The position numbers were made by a program, and so were the translations under genes. DNA of 64,000 nucleotides from an uncultured Verrucomicrobiae bacterium (GTDB lineage Bacteria; Verrucomicrobiota; Verrucomicrobiia; Opitutales; JABDGR01): contig CAVXVB010000009.1 in NCBI GenBank assembly GCA_963765205.1, positions 1,024,001 through 1,088,000 of the forward strand, written 5' to 3'. The notes below the pieces were generated by a model that was not told the origin of the DNA, did not search any database, and saw only the letters and a program-made list of their open reading frames with translations. Positions 1 to 8,771 of the stretch are shown one piece after another. How positions within the stretch are numbered: position 1 is the stretch's first letter; every line of letters begins with the position of its first letter.

Positions 1-75
1 CTCAATCACCTCTCCAGAACCAAGCATCCGGGTAAAGGCGGCGTCAAACCGCCTTGTGATGGTGACGTTTTTCAT
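1..75 (-). CDS. Type II toxin, RelE/YafQ-like (5' part only; runs off the window edge)
   Basis: ATG at 75 reads MKNVTITRRFDAAFTRMLGSGEVIE, resembling the 'M..I..T..F...' start of RelE/YafQ toxins; overlaps the upstream antitoxin-like ORF. Confidence 0.5.
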   Translation of the reverse strand, partial: MKNVTITRRFDAAFTRMLGSGEVIE

Positions 76-232
76 GGCGCGTAAGATGGGCCATCAAAGC
101 TTCCACAGAATCAAAACTTTTCCATTTGGTCTTGGGATCTTCGGCCTCGCGCAGTATCGCAATCGTGCGCGGCGTCAGCCGGTAATCGGCTGCCGGAGGG
201 CGTTTGGCCAGTTTGCGCGTCAACGTTTTCAC
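44..232 (-). CDS. Short antitoxin, DinJ/RelB C-terminus-like
   Basis: GTG start at 232; TPRTIAILREAED..KSFDSVEALMAHL resembles the DinJ-type 'T..AI.EAE...F.S.E.L...L' toxin-binding segment; directly upstream of the toxin-like ORF. Confidence 0.5.
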   Translation of the reverse strand: MKTLTRKLAKRPPAADYRLTPRTIAILREAEDPKTKWKSFDSVEALMAHLTRHEKRHHHKAV

Positions 233-239
233 GATAAAG

Positions 240-268
240 GTGATACAATCCGGTCCATGCTTAGTCAA
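240..268 (-). promoter_or_regulatory. Putative sigma70 promoter of the TA pair (leaderless)
   Basis: TTGACT-N17-TATCAC on the minus strand, ending 7 nt before the GTG at 232. Confidence 0.4.
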
Positions 269-356
269 TTCCTGATTCCGACCGGTCCCAGCCCTCGCGC
301 GGAAATTACCGAGGCCAGCCCAGCCTTGCAGCTCCGGGGCCTCCTCCGGGAGCCAA

Positions 357-1022
357 TCAGTTAGCCGCGACCAAGGCGGTTGGCACGGCTTTGAACGTCC
401 ATTGATAGGTTTGTGCCAAGCCCACTTGTCCGTCCCAGTTCGCCTCGTGCAGGGTCGCGGCCACCACCAGCCAGCCATTGGGCAGGTAGTGTCCCGTCAC
501 GTCAATCGCCGCCCACGCAGTGCCGTTCGCGGCCGAAGTCGGGCCTTCCGCACTCATATACAGCGTCCCGTCCGGCAGAATGTTGATCGAAATTTCGCGG
601 CTGAATTGGACGGAATTCCACTCGGGCCAGACCAGCATCGTGCGGGAGTAGGCTTTGGCATTGGCCGTGACCAGGACGGCCTGGTCGCCCACTTGTGCGT
701 TGGCCCGCACTTGGCCCACGCTGTAGGTATCGAGCAGGCCGTGGGTCTGGCGTTGTGCATCCGGAAAAAAGGCCACGGGACTGGACGGGCCGGACACCAA
801 CTCTGCCCGCCACGCACCGGAGGAGGGATGGCCTGGAGGGTTTTGCACGGAAACACGGGGGCCTGAGGTGGGAGACCAGTTTTCATACTTCGCCCGCACC
901 GTAATGAACCGGTGCGCTAAAAGGGCCAGCCCCACTCCCAGAGCCAGCCAGACGAAAATCCACCGGGGTTTTCTTTGTCCCAGAGGTGAAGAAGGCGCAA
1001 GCTGATTAGATTCTGGATTCAT
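357..1022 (-). CDS. Hypothetical protein with N-terminal membrane anchor
   Basis: 221-aa ORF; hydrophobic segment WIFVWLALGVGLALLA followed by a beta-rich domain. Confidence 0.65.
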   Translation of the reverse strand: MNPESNQLAPSSPLGQRKPRWIFVWLALGVGLALLAHRFITVRAKYENWSPTSGPRVSVQNPPGHPSSGAWRAELVSGPSSPVAFFPDAQRQTHGLLDTYSVGQVRANAQVGDQAVLVTANAKAYSRTMLVWPEWNSVQFSREISINILPDGTLYMSAEGPTSAANGTAWAAIDVTGHYLPNGWLVVAATLHEANWDGQVGLAQTYQWTFKAVPTALVAAN

Positions 1023-1079
1023 GGCGAACGTCTCATTGTAAACGGGGCAAATGGAAAGTAAATTGTTTTTTCAGGGAGC

Positions 1080-1105
1080 AAAAAACGCGCATCGCAGGGA
1101 TGCGC
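1080..1105 (-). terminator. Putative intrinsic terminator downstream of serS
   Basis: GCGCATC/GATGCGC stem (1087-1105) followed by a T-run on the minus strand. Confidence 0.45.
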
Positions 1106-1138
1106 TGGCCCATTTCCACCTTGATAAAACGGTCAATT

Positions 1139-2503
1139 TCATTTCGTCGAAACGCCGATGGTCTCCCCGCCATACCAGCGATGCAAGACTGCGGGCACGC
1201 GCACGCGGCCGTCGGCTTCGAGGTTGTTTTCCAGAATCGCGGCGAGCACGCGCGGCACCGCGAGGCCGGAGCCGTTAAGCGTGTGGACGACTTCCGGCTT
1301 GCCGCCGTCGGCGGGGCGGTAGCGGATGCCCGCGCGGCGCGCCTGAAAGTCCGTGAAATTCGAGCAGCTCGAGACTTCCAGCCAGCGCTTTTGCCCGGCG
1401 GCCCAGACTTCGAGGTCGTATTGCTTGGCGTGCGGGAAGCCGATGTCGCCCACGCAAATCAGCAGCACGCGATACGGGAGGCCGAGTTTTTGCAGCAGGC
1501 GCTCCGCGTCGGCGCGCAATTTCTCCAACTCCTCGAAACTTGTCTCGGGCTTGACCCACTTGACGAGTTCGACCTTGTCGAACTGGTGCAGGCGATTGAG
1601 GCCGCGGACATGCGCGCCCCAACTGCCGGCCTCGCGCCGGAAACAGGGCGTGTAGCCGCAGCGGTAGAGCGGCAAATCCTGCTCGCCCAAAATCTCGCCG
1701 CGGAAAAAATTCGTCACCGGCACCTCGGCGGTGGGGATGAGATACAAATTATCCACGCCGACGTGATACATCTGGCCTTCCTTGTCGGGCAACTGGCCGG
1801 TGGCCGTGGCGCTGGCGGGGTTGACCATCAGGGGCGACCAGATTTCCGTATAGCCGGCCAGGCGTGCCTCTTCGAGGAAGAAGCTCACCAACGCGCGCAC
1901 CAGCCGCGCCATGTCGCCGACATAGAATGGAAAGCCCGCGCCCGTGACTTTCACGCCACGCTCGAAATCCACCTGCTGCGAAAACCACGGAATGTCGAAA
2001 TGCGGCGCGGCGTGCGGCGAAAGCTTGGCCACGTCACCCCAAGTTGAGACGGTGACGTTGTCGGCCTCGGTGCGGCCATCGGGCACGCTTTCGTGCGGGA
2101 GGTTCGGCACGGTCAGGGCGATTTTATCCCATTCCTCGTCGGCGGTTTTGGCCAGGGCTTCCAAGTCTTTGACGTGTGTGGAAAAAACTTTTAAGTAATT
2201 CTTTAGATCTTCTGAGCTGCTCAAACTCGGCAAAGATTTTTCTTCAGGGAATTGCTTCTGATACAACTTTAATATTTGCGCCTGAGAAAATGCGTCTAAT
2301 TCAAAGGGTCGAGGTTTGAGTGACTTAACATAACTCTCCTGAATCTTCTTCTGTTCACTTCGAGCCTGCTCGGCCTCGGCGACGGCGGCGCGGCGCTTCG
2401 CGTCGGCGGCGAAAACGGCGTCAAAGTCCACGGCAAACTTCTTGCGCGCGACGGTTTTGCGCACGCGGTCGGGTTCTTCACGCAGCAGCTTGAGGTCAAT
2501 CAT
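1139..2503 (-). CDS. serS: Serine--tRNA ligase
   Basis: MIDLKLLRE start; PNLPH, YLIPTAEVP, FRREAGS, RGLNRLHQFDKVE, EVSSCSN.TDFQARR and HTLNGSGLA motifs. Confidence 0.98.
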   Translation of the reverse strand: MIDLKLLREEPDRVRKTVARKKFAVDFDAVFAADAKRRAAVAEAEQARSEQKKIQESYVKSLKPRPFELDAFSQAQILKLYQKQFPEEKSLPSLSSSEDLKNYLKVFSTHVKDLEALAKTADEEWDKIALTVPNLPHESVPDGRTEADNVTVSTWGDVAKLSPHAAPHFDIPWFSQQVDFERGVKVTGAGFPFYVGDMARLVRALVSFFLEEARLAGYTEIWSPLMVNPASATATGQLPDKEGQMYHVGVDNLYLIPTAEVPVTNFFRGEILGEQDLPLYRCGYTPCFRREAGSWGAHVRGLNRLHQFDKVELVKWVKPETSFEELEKLRADAERLLQKLGLPYRVLLICVGDIGFPHAKQYDLEVWAAGQKRWLEVSSCSNFTDFQARRAGIRYRPADGGKPEVVHTLNGSGLAVPRVLAAILENNLEADGRVRVPAVLHRWYGGETIGVSTK

Positions 2504-2690
2504 GGGAGGGAAAACCGTTTAGAATGATGAATCTCCCCCACCCTGACGAGACTGAAAATCCGGGGCGTGAAGCGGGGCAATCCACCGCCGAAATGGAAGA
2601 TCAGGAAATAATCCGAAAGCTCCAACTCGGCAAATGACCATCTCAAACACTAAAGATTGGGTTTTGACTTTTGACGGGAAAGGGAGATAG

Positions 2691-3638
2691 TTACCTCTTT
2701 AACGCCTTCTCGACATTCATCAAAACGATGTTCGCGCTGAGTTTGGCGAGTTTGCCGTCCGGGGCGCGGATGATGGTGTGGCGGGGGTTGTCCAAGGGAT
2801 AAGGGCCGAAGCGTTCGTGGTCGGTGGGGCCGAAGAGGGCGACGACGGGGCGGTGCATCGCCGCGGCGAGATGCATTGGGCCGCTATCATTGCAAATGAC
2901 GAGGCGCGCGGCGGCGATGATTTCCGGCAACTCCGCGAGGCCCGTGCGGCCCAGCAGGTTCGCAAAGCGGTCTTCGGGCCAGGTCAATTCCGGCTCGGGA
3001 CCGGTGCTGCCGGCCCAGACAATCGAGAGATCGGGGCGGTGCTTGAGCAGGTGTTCGGTCAATTCATAAAAGCCCGGCCATTCCTTTTTCTTGACGCGGC
3101 TGTCGGGAAACATGACCAGCGGCCCGCGCTCCGCCCATTCCGGCGACAAGGCCGGGTGTTCGGTGGCCAAAAACTCGAGTGGCTCGACGGATAAGCGGTC
3201 GCTCAAGCCGAGCAGGGGCAGGAATTGGCGCAGGATGTCGAGCGCGTGGGAGTGGCGGCCGCCGGGCGGCAGCCTGGGATGCTGGCGGGTGAGCAAGCCC
3301 GCGCCCTCGCGGCCATCGGCCCGGCCGGCTTTGTGGGTCGCGCGCGCGGCGGCCAGGAGAAGCGCGCTGCGGGCCAGCCCTTGCATATCCAGCGCCCAAT
3401 CATACTGCTCGCGGCGGATTTCCTTCGCCAGCCGCGCAAATGACGCCAGCGACCCGTGGCGGTCGAATTCATAGACGCGGTCCACCACCGGGCAGGCGCG
3501 CACGAGGGGCGCGAAGGCCTTGGCGGCCACCCAATCCACCTGCGCGTCAGTCGTTTGCGCCCGCAAAGATTGGGCCACCTGGAGGCCGTGGATGATGTCG
3601 CCCAACGAAGAAGGCTTGATTATCAGGACGCGGAGCAT
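2691..3638 (-). CDS. GT9 family LPS heptosyltransferase (WaaC-like)
   Basis: LIIKPSSLGDIIH, DMQGLARS and NDSGPMHLAAA..P.VALFGPT motifs. Confidence 0.9.
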   Translation of the reverse strand: MLRVLIIKPSSLGDIIHGLQVAQSLRAQTTDAQVDWVAAKAFAPLVRACPVVDRVYEFDRHGSLASFARLAKEIRREQYDWALDMQGLARSALLLAAARATHKAGRADGREGAGLLTRQHPRLPPGGRHSHALDILRQFLPLLGLSDRLSVEPLEFLATEHPALSPEWAERGPLVMFPDSRVKKKEWPGFYELTEHLLKHRPDLSIVWAGSTGPEPELTWPEDRFANLLGRTGLAELPEIIAAARLVICNDSGPMHLAAAMHRPVVALFGPTDHERFGPYPLDNPRHTIIRAPDGKLAKLSANIVLMNVEKALKR

Positions 3639-3695
3639 TTCAAAAGGGTGCGCCCCGCACGATGGCGGGGCCGCGCGGCAAATCCAACTTTTTTC

Positions 3696-5657
3696 GTGCT
3701 TTATTACCTACTGGCGGGAATCGGCTACATGCTGGCGGCGCTGCCGGAAAGCGTCCTGGCGGCTTGCTGCCGCCCGCTGGGCTGGCTCGTCGCCACCGTC
3801 CCGAGCGGCCGGCGGCGCACGCTGCGTGCGAACCTGCACCATGTTTTCCCGGACAAAACGGAGGCGTGGCGGCGGAAAATCGCCGTCGAGTCGGCCCGGC
3901 GCAGCCTGGAAATGGTGTTGTTTGTGCTGGCTTCGCCGTATTTCTCGAAGGCGCGGCTGCAGCGGCAGTTTCCGCTGGACGAGGATTTTCGGCGAATGCT
4001 GGACGAGCACCAGGCGACGCCGGGGCCAATTGTCGTGCTTTCGCCGCATTTTTCGCTGATGGAGGCGAATACGCTGGTGCCGATGCTTTATGGCAAGCCG
4101 CTGCCGCCCATGGCCGCGATTTACCGGCCGCTCGACGTGCCGGGCATGGAGCGCTGGGTCAAGGCCACGCGCGAGCGCTGGGGGCTGCGGCTGCTCTCGC
4201 GCAAGGCCGGCTTTTTCCAGGCGATTGATTTGCTGCGGCACAATGGCGCGGTCGTCGTCTTGTTCGACCAGAATGCCGGTGACCGCGGCGCGCTTTCGCT
4301 GTTTTGCGGGCGCGTGTGTTCGACCACCGAACTCGCCGGGCTGCTCGTCGAAAAGTGCCAGGCGCGGACGTGCTTCATTTACCCGGAGCGCCGCGGTTTT
4401 CTGCGCGCGACGATCCGCGGCGAATACCTCGTCAACCCGCCGGGGGGCGACGCCGTGCTTTTTGCCGCGAACCGCTGGCTCGAAGAGAAATTGCGTTCGA
4501 GCGAGGAGGTCTGTCCGGACTGGCTCTGGCTCCATTCGCGCTGGCGGCATCAGGACGAGCCGCGGCGGCGCTTCCGGCTCGAATCGAAGCGCAATCTGCT
4601 CGCACCCCAACTCGCCAGCCTCGGCCTCGCCACCCCACCCCGCGTCACGCGCTTTTTCATCCGGCTGCCAAATTGGCTCGGCGACGTGGTCATGGCCCTG
4701 CCGCTGCTGCGCGCGTTGCGGAAGGGTCGCCCCGACGCGGAACTGACGCTGCTCGCGCCCGCCGCGTTTGGGCCGTTGCTCGAAAAACTGGCCGTCGGCG
4801 ACCACATGCTGGCGGTGCCGATGAAAGGCTCCGAGCAACGACAATTTTTCCGCAGCCTGCGTGAGGAATACCCGGATACTTATATTTTCTTCACCAATTC
4901 CCTGCGCGGCGATCTGGGCGCGAAGGCCACCGGCGCGCCGCAGCGCTTTGGGATGACGCGGCCCGGCAAATGGCGCCCGCTGCTCACGCACGAATGGCGC
5001 GTGCCGGAGGATTTGGATGAAACGACAATGCACCAGACGCGCGTGTGGGAGAAATTTTTCCAGCACTTTGGCCTGCGCGAAGAGTTGGATTTGACGGCGT
5101 TTACGATGCCATCCAAGCGGGCGCAGCAAGACTGCGCCCCTACAATAAAGTCTGCGTCCGCGACGAACCAGGGCGGTCTTTTGATTGGCTTGATTTGCGG
5201 CACGGAAAATTTTCCCGAAAAACGCTGGCCGGCGGCGCGCTGGCGCGAATTGATTCAGGCCATTCTGGCGGTGCGTGCCGACGCGCAGATCACGCTATTT
5301 GGCACGACGAACGATATGCCGATAACGAAGGCCGTGGCGGATGGTTTTTCGCCCAACCAAGTTCTCAATCACGCGGGTCAAACCACTTTGGTCGAATTCG
5401 CCGACGCGCTGGGCGATTGCGCGGTGGTTGTCTGCAACGACACCGGCGGGATGCACCTGGCGAATCTGTTGGGCGTGCCCGTCATCGCCCTCTACGGCCC
5501 GACGAATCCCCTGCGCACCGGCCCGATTTTCGCCGCCCCGCGCGTCATCCTGCAACCCCCTGGCTGCCCGCCCACCGGCGGCGCGCCCCTCACGAAACTC
5601 TCCTCCGTCCAAGTGGTCGAGGCGTTACAGCCCTGGCTGAGGCAGAGTGCATCTTAA
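3696..5657 (+). CDS. Fused lipid A acyltransferase (LpxL/HtrB-like) and GT9 heptosyltransferase (WaaF-like)
   Basis: N-half has PHFSLME, IYRP, LFDQNAG and PDWLWLHSRW; C-half has IRLPNWLGDVVMALP, KRWP and NDTGGMHLA..LGVP.IALYGPT. GTG at 3696 chosen because the longer ORF overlaps the divergent gene. Confidence 0.88.
   Translation: MLYYLLAGIGYMLAALPESVLAACCRPLGWLVATVPSGRRRTLRANLHHVFPDKTEAWRRKIAVESARRSLEMVLFVLASPYFSKARLQRQFPLDEDFRRMLDEHQATPGPIVVLSPHFSLMEANTLVPMLYGKPLPPMAAIYRPLDVPGMERWVKATRERWGLRLLSRKAGFFQAIDLLRHNGAVVVLFDQNAGDRGALSLFCGRVCSTTELAGLLVEKCQARTCFIYPERRGFLRATIRGEYLVNPPGGDAVLFAANRWLEEKLRSSEEVCPDWLWLHSRWRHQDEPRRRFRLESKRNLLAPQLASLGLATPPRVTRFFIRLPNWLGDVVMALPLLRALRKGRPDAELTLLAPAAFGPLLEKLAVGDHMLAVPMKGSEQRQFFRSLREEYPDTYIFFTNSLRGDLGAKATGAPQRFGMTRPGKWRPLLTHEWRVPEDLDETTMHQTRVWEKFFQHFGLREELDLTAFTMPSKRAQQDCAPTIKSASATNQGGLLIGLICGTENFPEKRWPAARWRELIQAILAVRADAQITLFGTTNDMPITKAVADGFSPNQVLNHAGQTTLVEFADALGDCAVVVCNDTGGMHLANLLGVPVIALYGPTNPLRTGPIFAAPRVILQPPGCPPTGGAPLTKLSSVQVVEALQPWLRQSAS
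5119..5143 (-). repeat. GTAG-family REP-like palindrome inside a CDS
   Basis: Minus strand GTAG-GGGCGCAG-TCTTG-CTGCGCCC: 8-bp perfect stem preceded by GTAG. Confidence 0.6.
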
Positions 5658-5717
5658 GCTCTATCACGGTTACATTATCGAATTGCAGACCCCCCGAAAC
5701 CTCCGTAAAGACTGACC

Positions 5718-8700
5718 ATGCCGTCCAACTTTGACCAAGCATTTGAGAAGGTGAAGCAACTTGTGGCCGATTTCCAAGCCAACGAGAAATTCTACCTCTC
5801 TCCGGCATATCAGGAGCAGGAAGCCCGCCACGATTTCATTGACAAGTTCTGGAGCGCGCTGGGCTGGGATGTAAACCACGAGACGCAAAAAAATCCTTAC
5901 GAGCAGGAAGTAAAAGTCGAGCGCAAGGGACAGGGGGCTTCCCAACGCAAGGCTGACTACGCTTTTTTTCTTAGTCCCGATTTTCGAAACGTGAAGTATT
6001 ACGTTGAGGCTAAAAAACCGTTTGGAGATATCGCGACCAGGGACAATTACTTCCAAGCCATACGCTACGGATGGGGCAGCCAGACCCCTGTTGCCGTGCT
6101 CCACAATTTCGAACAGTTTGAGATGGTGGATTGCCGCTATATGCCAAACGTAGAAACCGCGCTGCAGCAATGCATCCGAAAATACCGTTGTACCAATTAT
6201 CTAGAGCAGGAGAAATTTGCCGAAATCTACTGGCTCTTCTCCCGCGAAGCCCTGGCAGGTGGTTCTCTGAAAAAATTTGCGGAAACGCTCCCCAAAAAAC
6301 GACGCAACGTCGCCAAGCCCGGCTTAGCCAAAGGCGGAGATGAACCTATGGACGAAGCATTTCTTGCGGAACTCGGTCACCAGCGTGCAGCCCTCGCCCG
6401 TTCCTTCAAAAACAACAATCCGGAGCTTGACGGCGAAAAACTCACCGAACTCACCCAACGCACACTGGATAGGCTGGTTTTCCTGCGTTTTCTCGAAGAC
6501 AAACATATCGAGCCGCAAAACCGCATCCCTTATTTCGGCGACAAAAGAACGGCCTGGCAGGACTTTATTGCCGAATCCCGTCGCTTGGACGGCATCTACA
6601 ATGGCATCGTTTATAAACACCACGACCTGTTGGATTCGCCCTGGTTTAAGGTTGATGACGACACTTTTGCTTCGATCTGCAAACGGCTGGGTCACCTCCA
6701 TTCGCCTTATGACTTTAACGCCATCCCCATTCATATTCTCGGCGGCATTTATGAACGTTTTCTTGGGACGGTCATTGTCACAACTGATAAACGGGCAACC
6801 CCAGTCGAGAAGCCAGAGGTGCGCAAGGCCGGCGGCGTTTACTACACCCCCGAATACATAGTCCACTACATCGTCGAAAACACCGTGGGCAGGTTAATTG
6901 AGGGCAAAACACCGGCACAAATTGAAAAGTTACGCTTTGCTGACATCGCCTGCGGCAGCGGTTCATTCCTTCTGGGCATTTACGATTGTCTGCTCCGCTA
7001 CCACACCAAGTATTACAACGACAATCCCGCCAAGGCAAATATAGGAGGTAAAGGAAAAAAGGGGCTATGGCCAGATTGCGAACAGCGTGACGACGGTTTA
7101 CATCTAACCTTGCGAAAAAAACGGGAAATTCTACTGAACAATGTTTATGGCGTGGACATAGACGCGCAAGCTGTGGAAGTCGCACAACTCTCCCTTTACC
7201 TCAAACTATTGCAGGACGAAACACCAGCCTCCGCCCGCGAACATCAGTTGGAATTCCACGAAACAATTTTACCCCCGCTCAACAAAAACATCATCTGCGG
7301 AAATTCCCTGATTGGGACAGACATTTTGGACGAGCAACTGTTCGCCGGAGGGGAAGAACGCAAACTCAACGCGATGAATTTCGAGGACGCCTTCCCGCAT
7401 ATCTTCAAGCGCAAGAGCCTGACCAATGAATTGCACGAGCCGCCGCCATCCGCTCCGCTTGGTTTTGACCTGCCTGGCACACCATTGCATGGTGCTTTCA
7501 GTTACAAGAAGCTCAAAAAGGCCAAACTCACCACGGGATCGCGACCATCCGAATCAAATTTGGCAGGTGGCTTTGACGCCATTGTCGGCAATCCGCCCTA
7601 CGGGGCAACTCTCACCCCGGCTGAATCAGAATATTTGTTGCAAAAATTCAAACTTCAGGAATACCAACTTGATACTTATCTTTTGTTTGTCGAACGCGCC
7701 TTGTCGCTAGTCGTTGAAAAGGGGTTAATAGGCCTGATTATTCCGAACACCTGGCTGCTCAATTTACTTTCACCGCAAATCCGAAAAGCAATTTTTGAAA
7801 AAACAAAAATCGAGAGCATCGCGCATTACCGTTACCCGGTCTTTCATCAAGCGACGGTTGACACCGAGGTGGCCATCTTCAGAAAGCAAAAACCAGATGT
7901 GGCAGACATGATCAATATCACACTGGTGGAAAAAGACGGACGCACGGATAACTACCCAATAGCGCAACAGCGCTGGCGGGACGGCCACGGGAAAGCCGTA
8001 AATATATTCGAGCGGCCGGAAATGATTGGCTTGGCGGACAAACTAAAATCACTTCGGCGCTTGGACGATGTTTGCCGGATTACCCAAGGCGCGAAACCGT
8101 TTCAAGTGGGCAAGGGAAAGCCGCCCCAAACCCGAAAGGTTGTTGATGAAAAACCATTCGTTTCCACGAAGCGGGAAAATTCAACTTTTCGGCCGCTGCT
8201 CCGTGGCAGTTTGATGAACAAATACACCATCTACTGGAACAAGGATTACTGGATTAGTTTTGGCGACTGGCTGGCCGAGCCACGCTATTCAGCGGATTAC
8301 GACGCAAGCGTCAAAATTATTGTTCGCCAAACTGGCGACTCCTTGATCGCCACCCTTGATCGTGAACAATTTATTGTGCGCGACAATCTTTACACCATGG
8401 TTCCGCGTGCAGACGCATTGGATTTAAGGTTTATCCTGGGGCTGATCAACTCGACCCTCTTGAATTGGTTTTACCAAAATGTGCTTAATCCAGAACGAGG
8501 AGAAGCTCTGGCGCAAGTAAAACGCGGCCATCTGGCTGAGCTGCCAATACTTGAATTTAAGGCTGCCGAGGCCCGCTACGCCCGCATTGTCCAACTGGTG
8601 GAACAAATGCTGGCCGCGCAGAAGCAACTGGCTGGCGCGCAAACCGACAAGGACAAGAGTTATTACGAAAAAAAATGTGCCTCACTGAGCCGGCAAATCG

Positions 8701-8771
8701 ACGCGCTGGTCTATGACCTTTACGGTTTGACCGAGGACGAAATCAAAATCGTAGAAGGAGCCACCGCATGA
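5718..8771 (+). CDS. Type IIG restriction-modification enzyme (fused REase, N6-adenine MTase and target-recognition domain; Eco57I/TaqI-C-like)
   Basis: N-terminal KADY...YVEAKKP nuclease motif; GGVYYTP, DIACGSGSFL (motif I), YGVDID and GNPPY (motif IV); C-terminal IDALVYDLYGLTEDEIKIVE; lower GC than flanks. Confidence 0.92.
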   Translation: MPSNFDQAFEKVKQLVADFQANEKFYLSPAYQEQEARHDFIDKFWSALGWDVNHETQKNPYEQEVKVERKGQGASQRKADYAFFLSPDFRNVKYYVEAKKPFGDIATRDNYFQAIRYGWGSQTPVAVLHNFEQFEMVDCRYMPNVETALQQCIRKYRCTNYLEQEKFAEIYWLFSREALAGGSLKKFAETLPKKRRNVAKPGLAKGGDEPMDEAFLAELGHQRAALARSFKNNNPELDGEKLTELTQRTLDRLVFLRFLEDKHIEPQNRIPYFGDKRTAWQDFIAESRRLDGIYNGIVYKHHDLLDSPWFKVDDDTFASICKRLGHLHSPYDFNAIPIHILGGIYERFLGTVIVTTDKRATPVEKPEVRKAGGVYYTPEYIVHYIVENTVGRLIEGKTPAQIEKLRFADIACGSGSFLLGIYDCLLRYHTKYYNDNPAKANIGGKGKKGLWPDCEQRDDGLHLTLRKKREILLNNVYGVDIDAQAVEVAQLSLYLKLLQDETPASAREHQLEFHETILPPLNKNIICGNSLIGTDILDEQLFAGGEERKLNAMNFEDAFPHIFKRKSLTNELHEPPPSAPLGFDLPGTPLHGAFSYKKLKKAKLTTGSRPSESNLAGGFDAIVGNPPYGATLTPAESEYLLQKFKLQEYQLDTYLLFVERALSLVVEKGLIGLIIPNTWLLNLLSPQIRKAIFEKTKIESIAHYRYPVFHQATVDTEVAIFRKQKPDVADMINITLVEKDGRTDNYPIAQQRWRDGHGKAVNIFERPEMIGLADKLKSLRRLDDVCRITQGAKPFQVGKGKPPQTRKVVDEKPFVSTKRENSTFRPLLRGSLMNKYTIYWNKDYWISFGDWLAEPRYSADYDASVKIIVRQTGDSLIATLDREQFIVRDNLYTMVPRADALDLRFILGLINSTLLNWFYQNVLNPERGEALAQVKRGHLAELPILEFKAAEARYARIVQLVEQMLAAQKQLAGAQTDKDKSYYEKKCASLSRQIDALVYDLYGLTEDEIKIVEGATA

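Noticed and set aside
2180..2362. Intein or intron in serS
   Set aside because: Too short, with no Cys/Ser...His-Asn termini or intron structure; kept as a compositional patch instead.
2524..2637. 37-aa plus-strand ORF upstream of serS
   Set aside because: No motif or supporting signal; it overlaps the likely serS promoter region.
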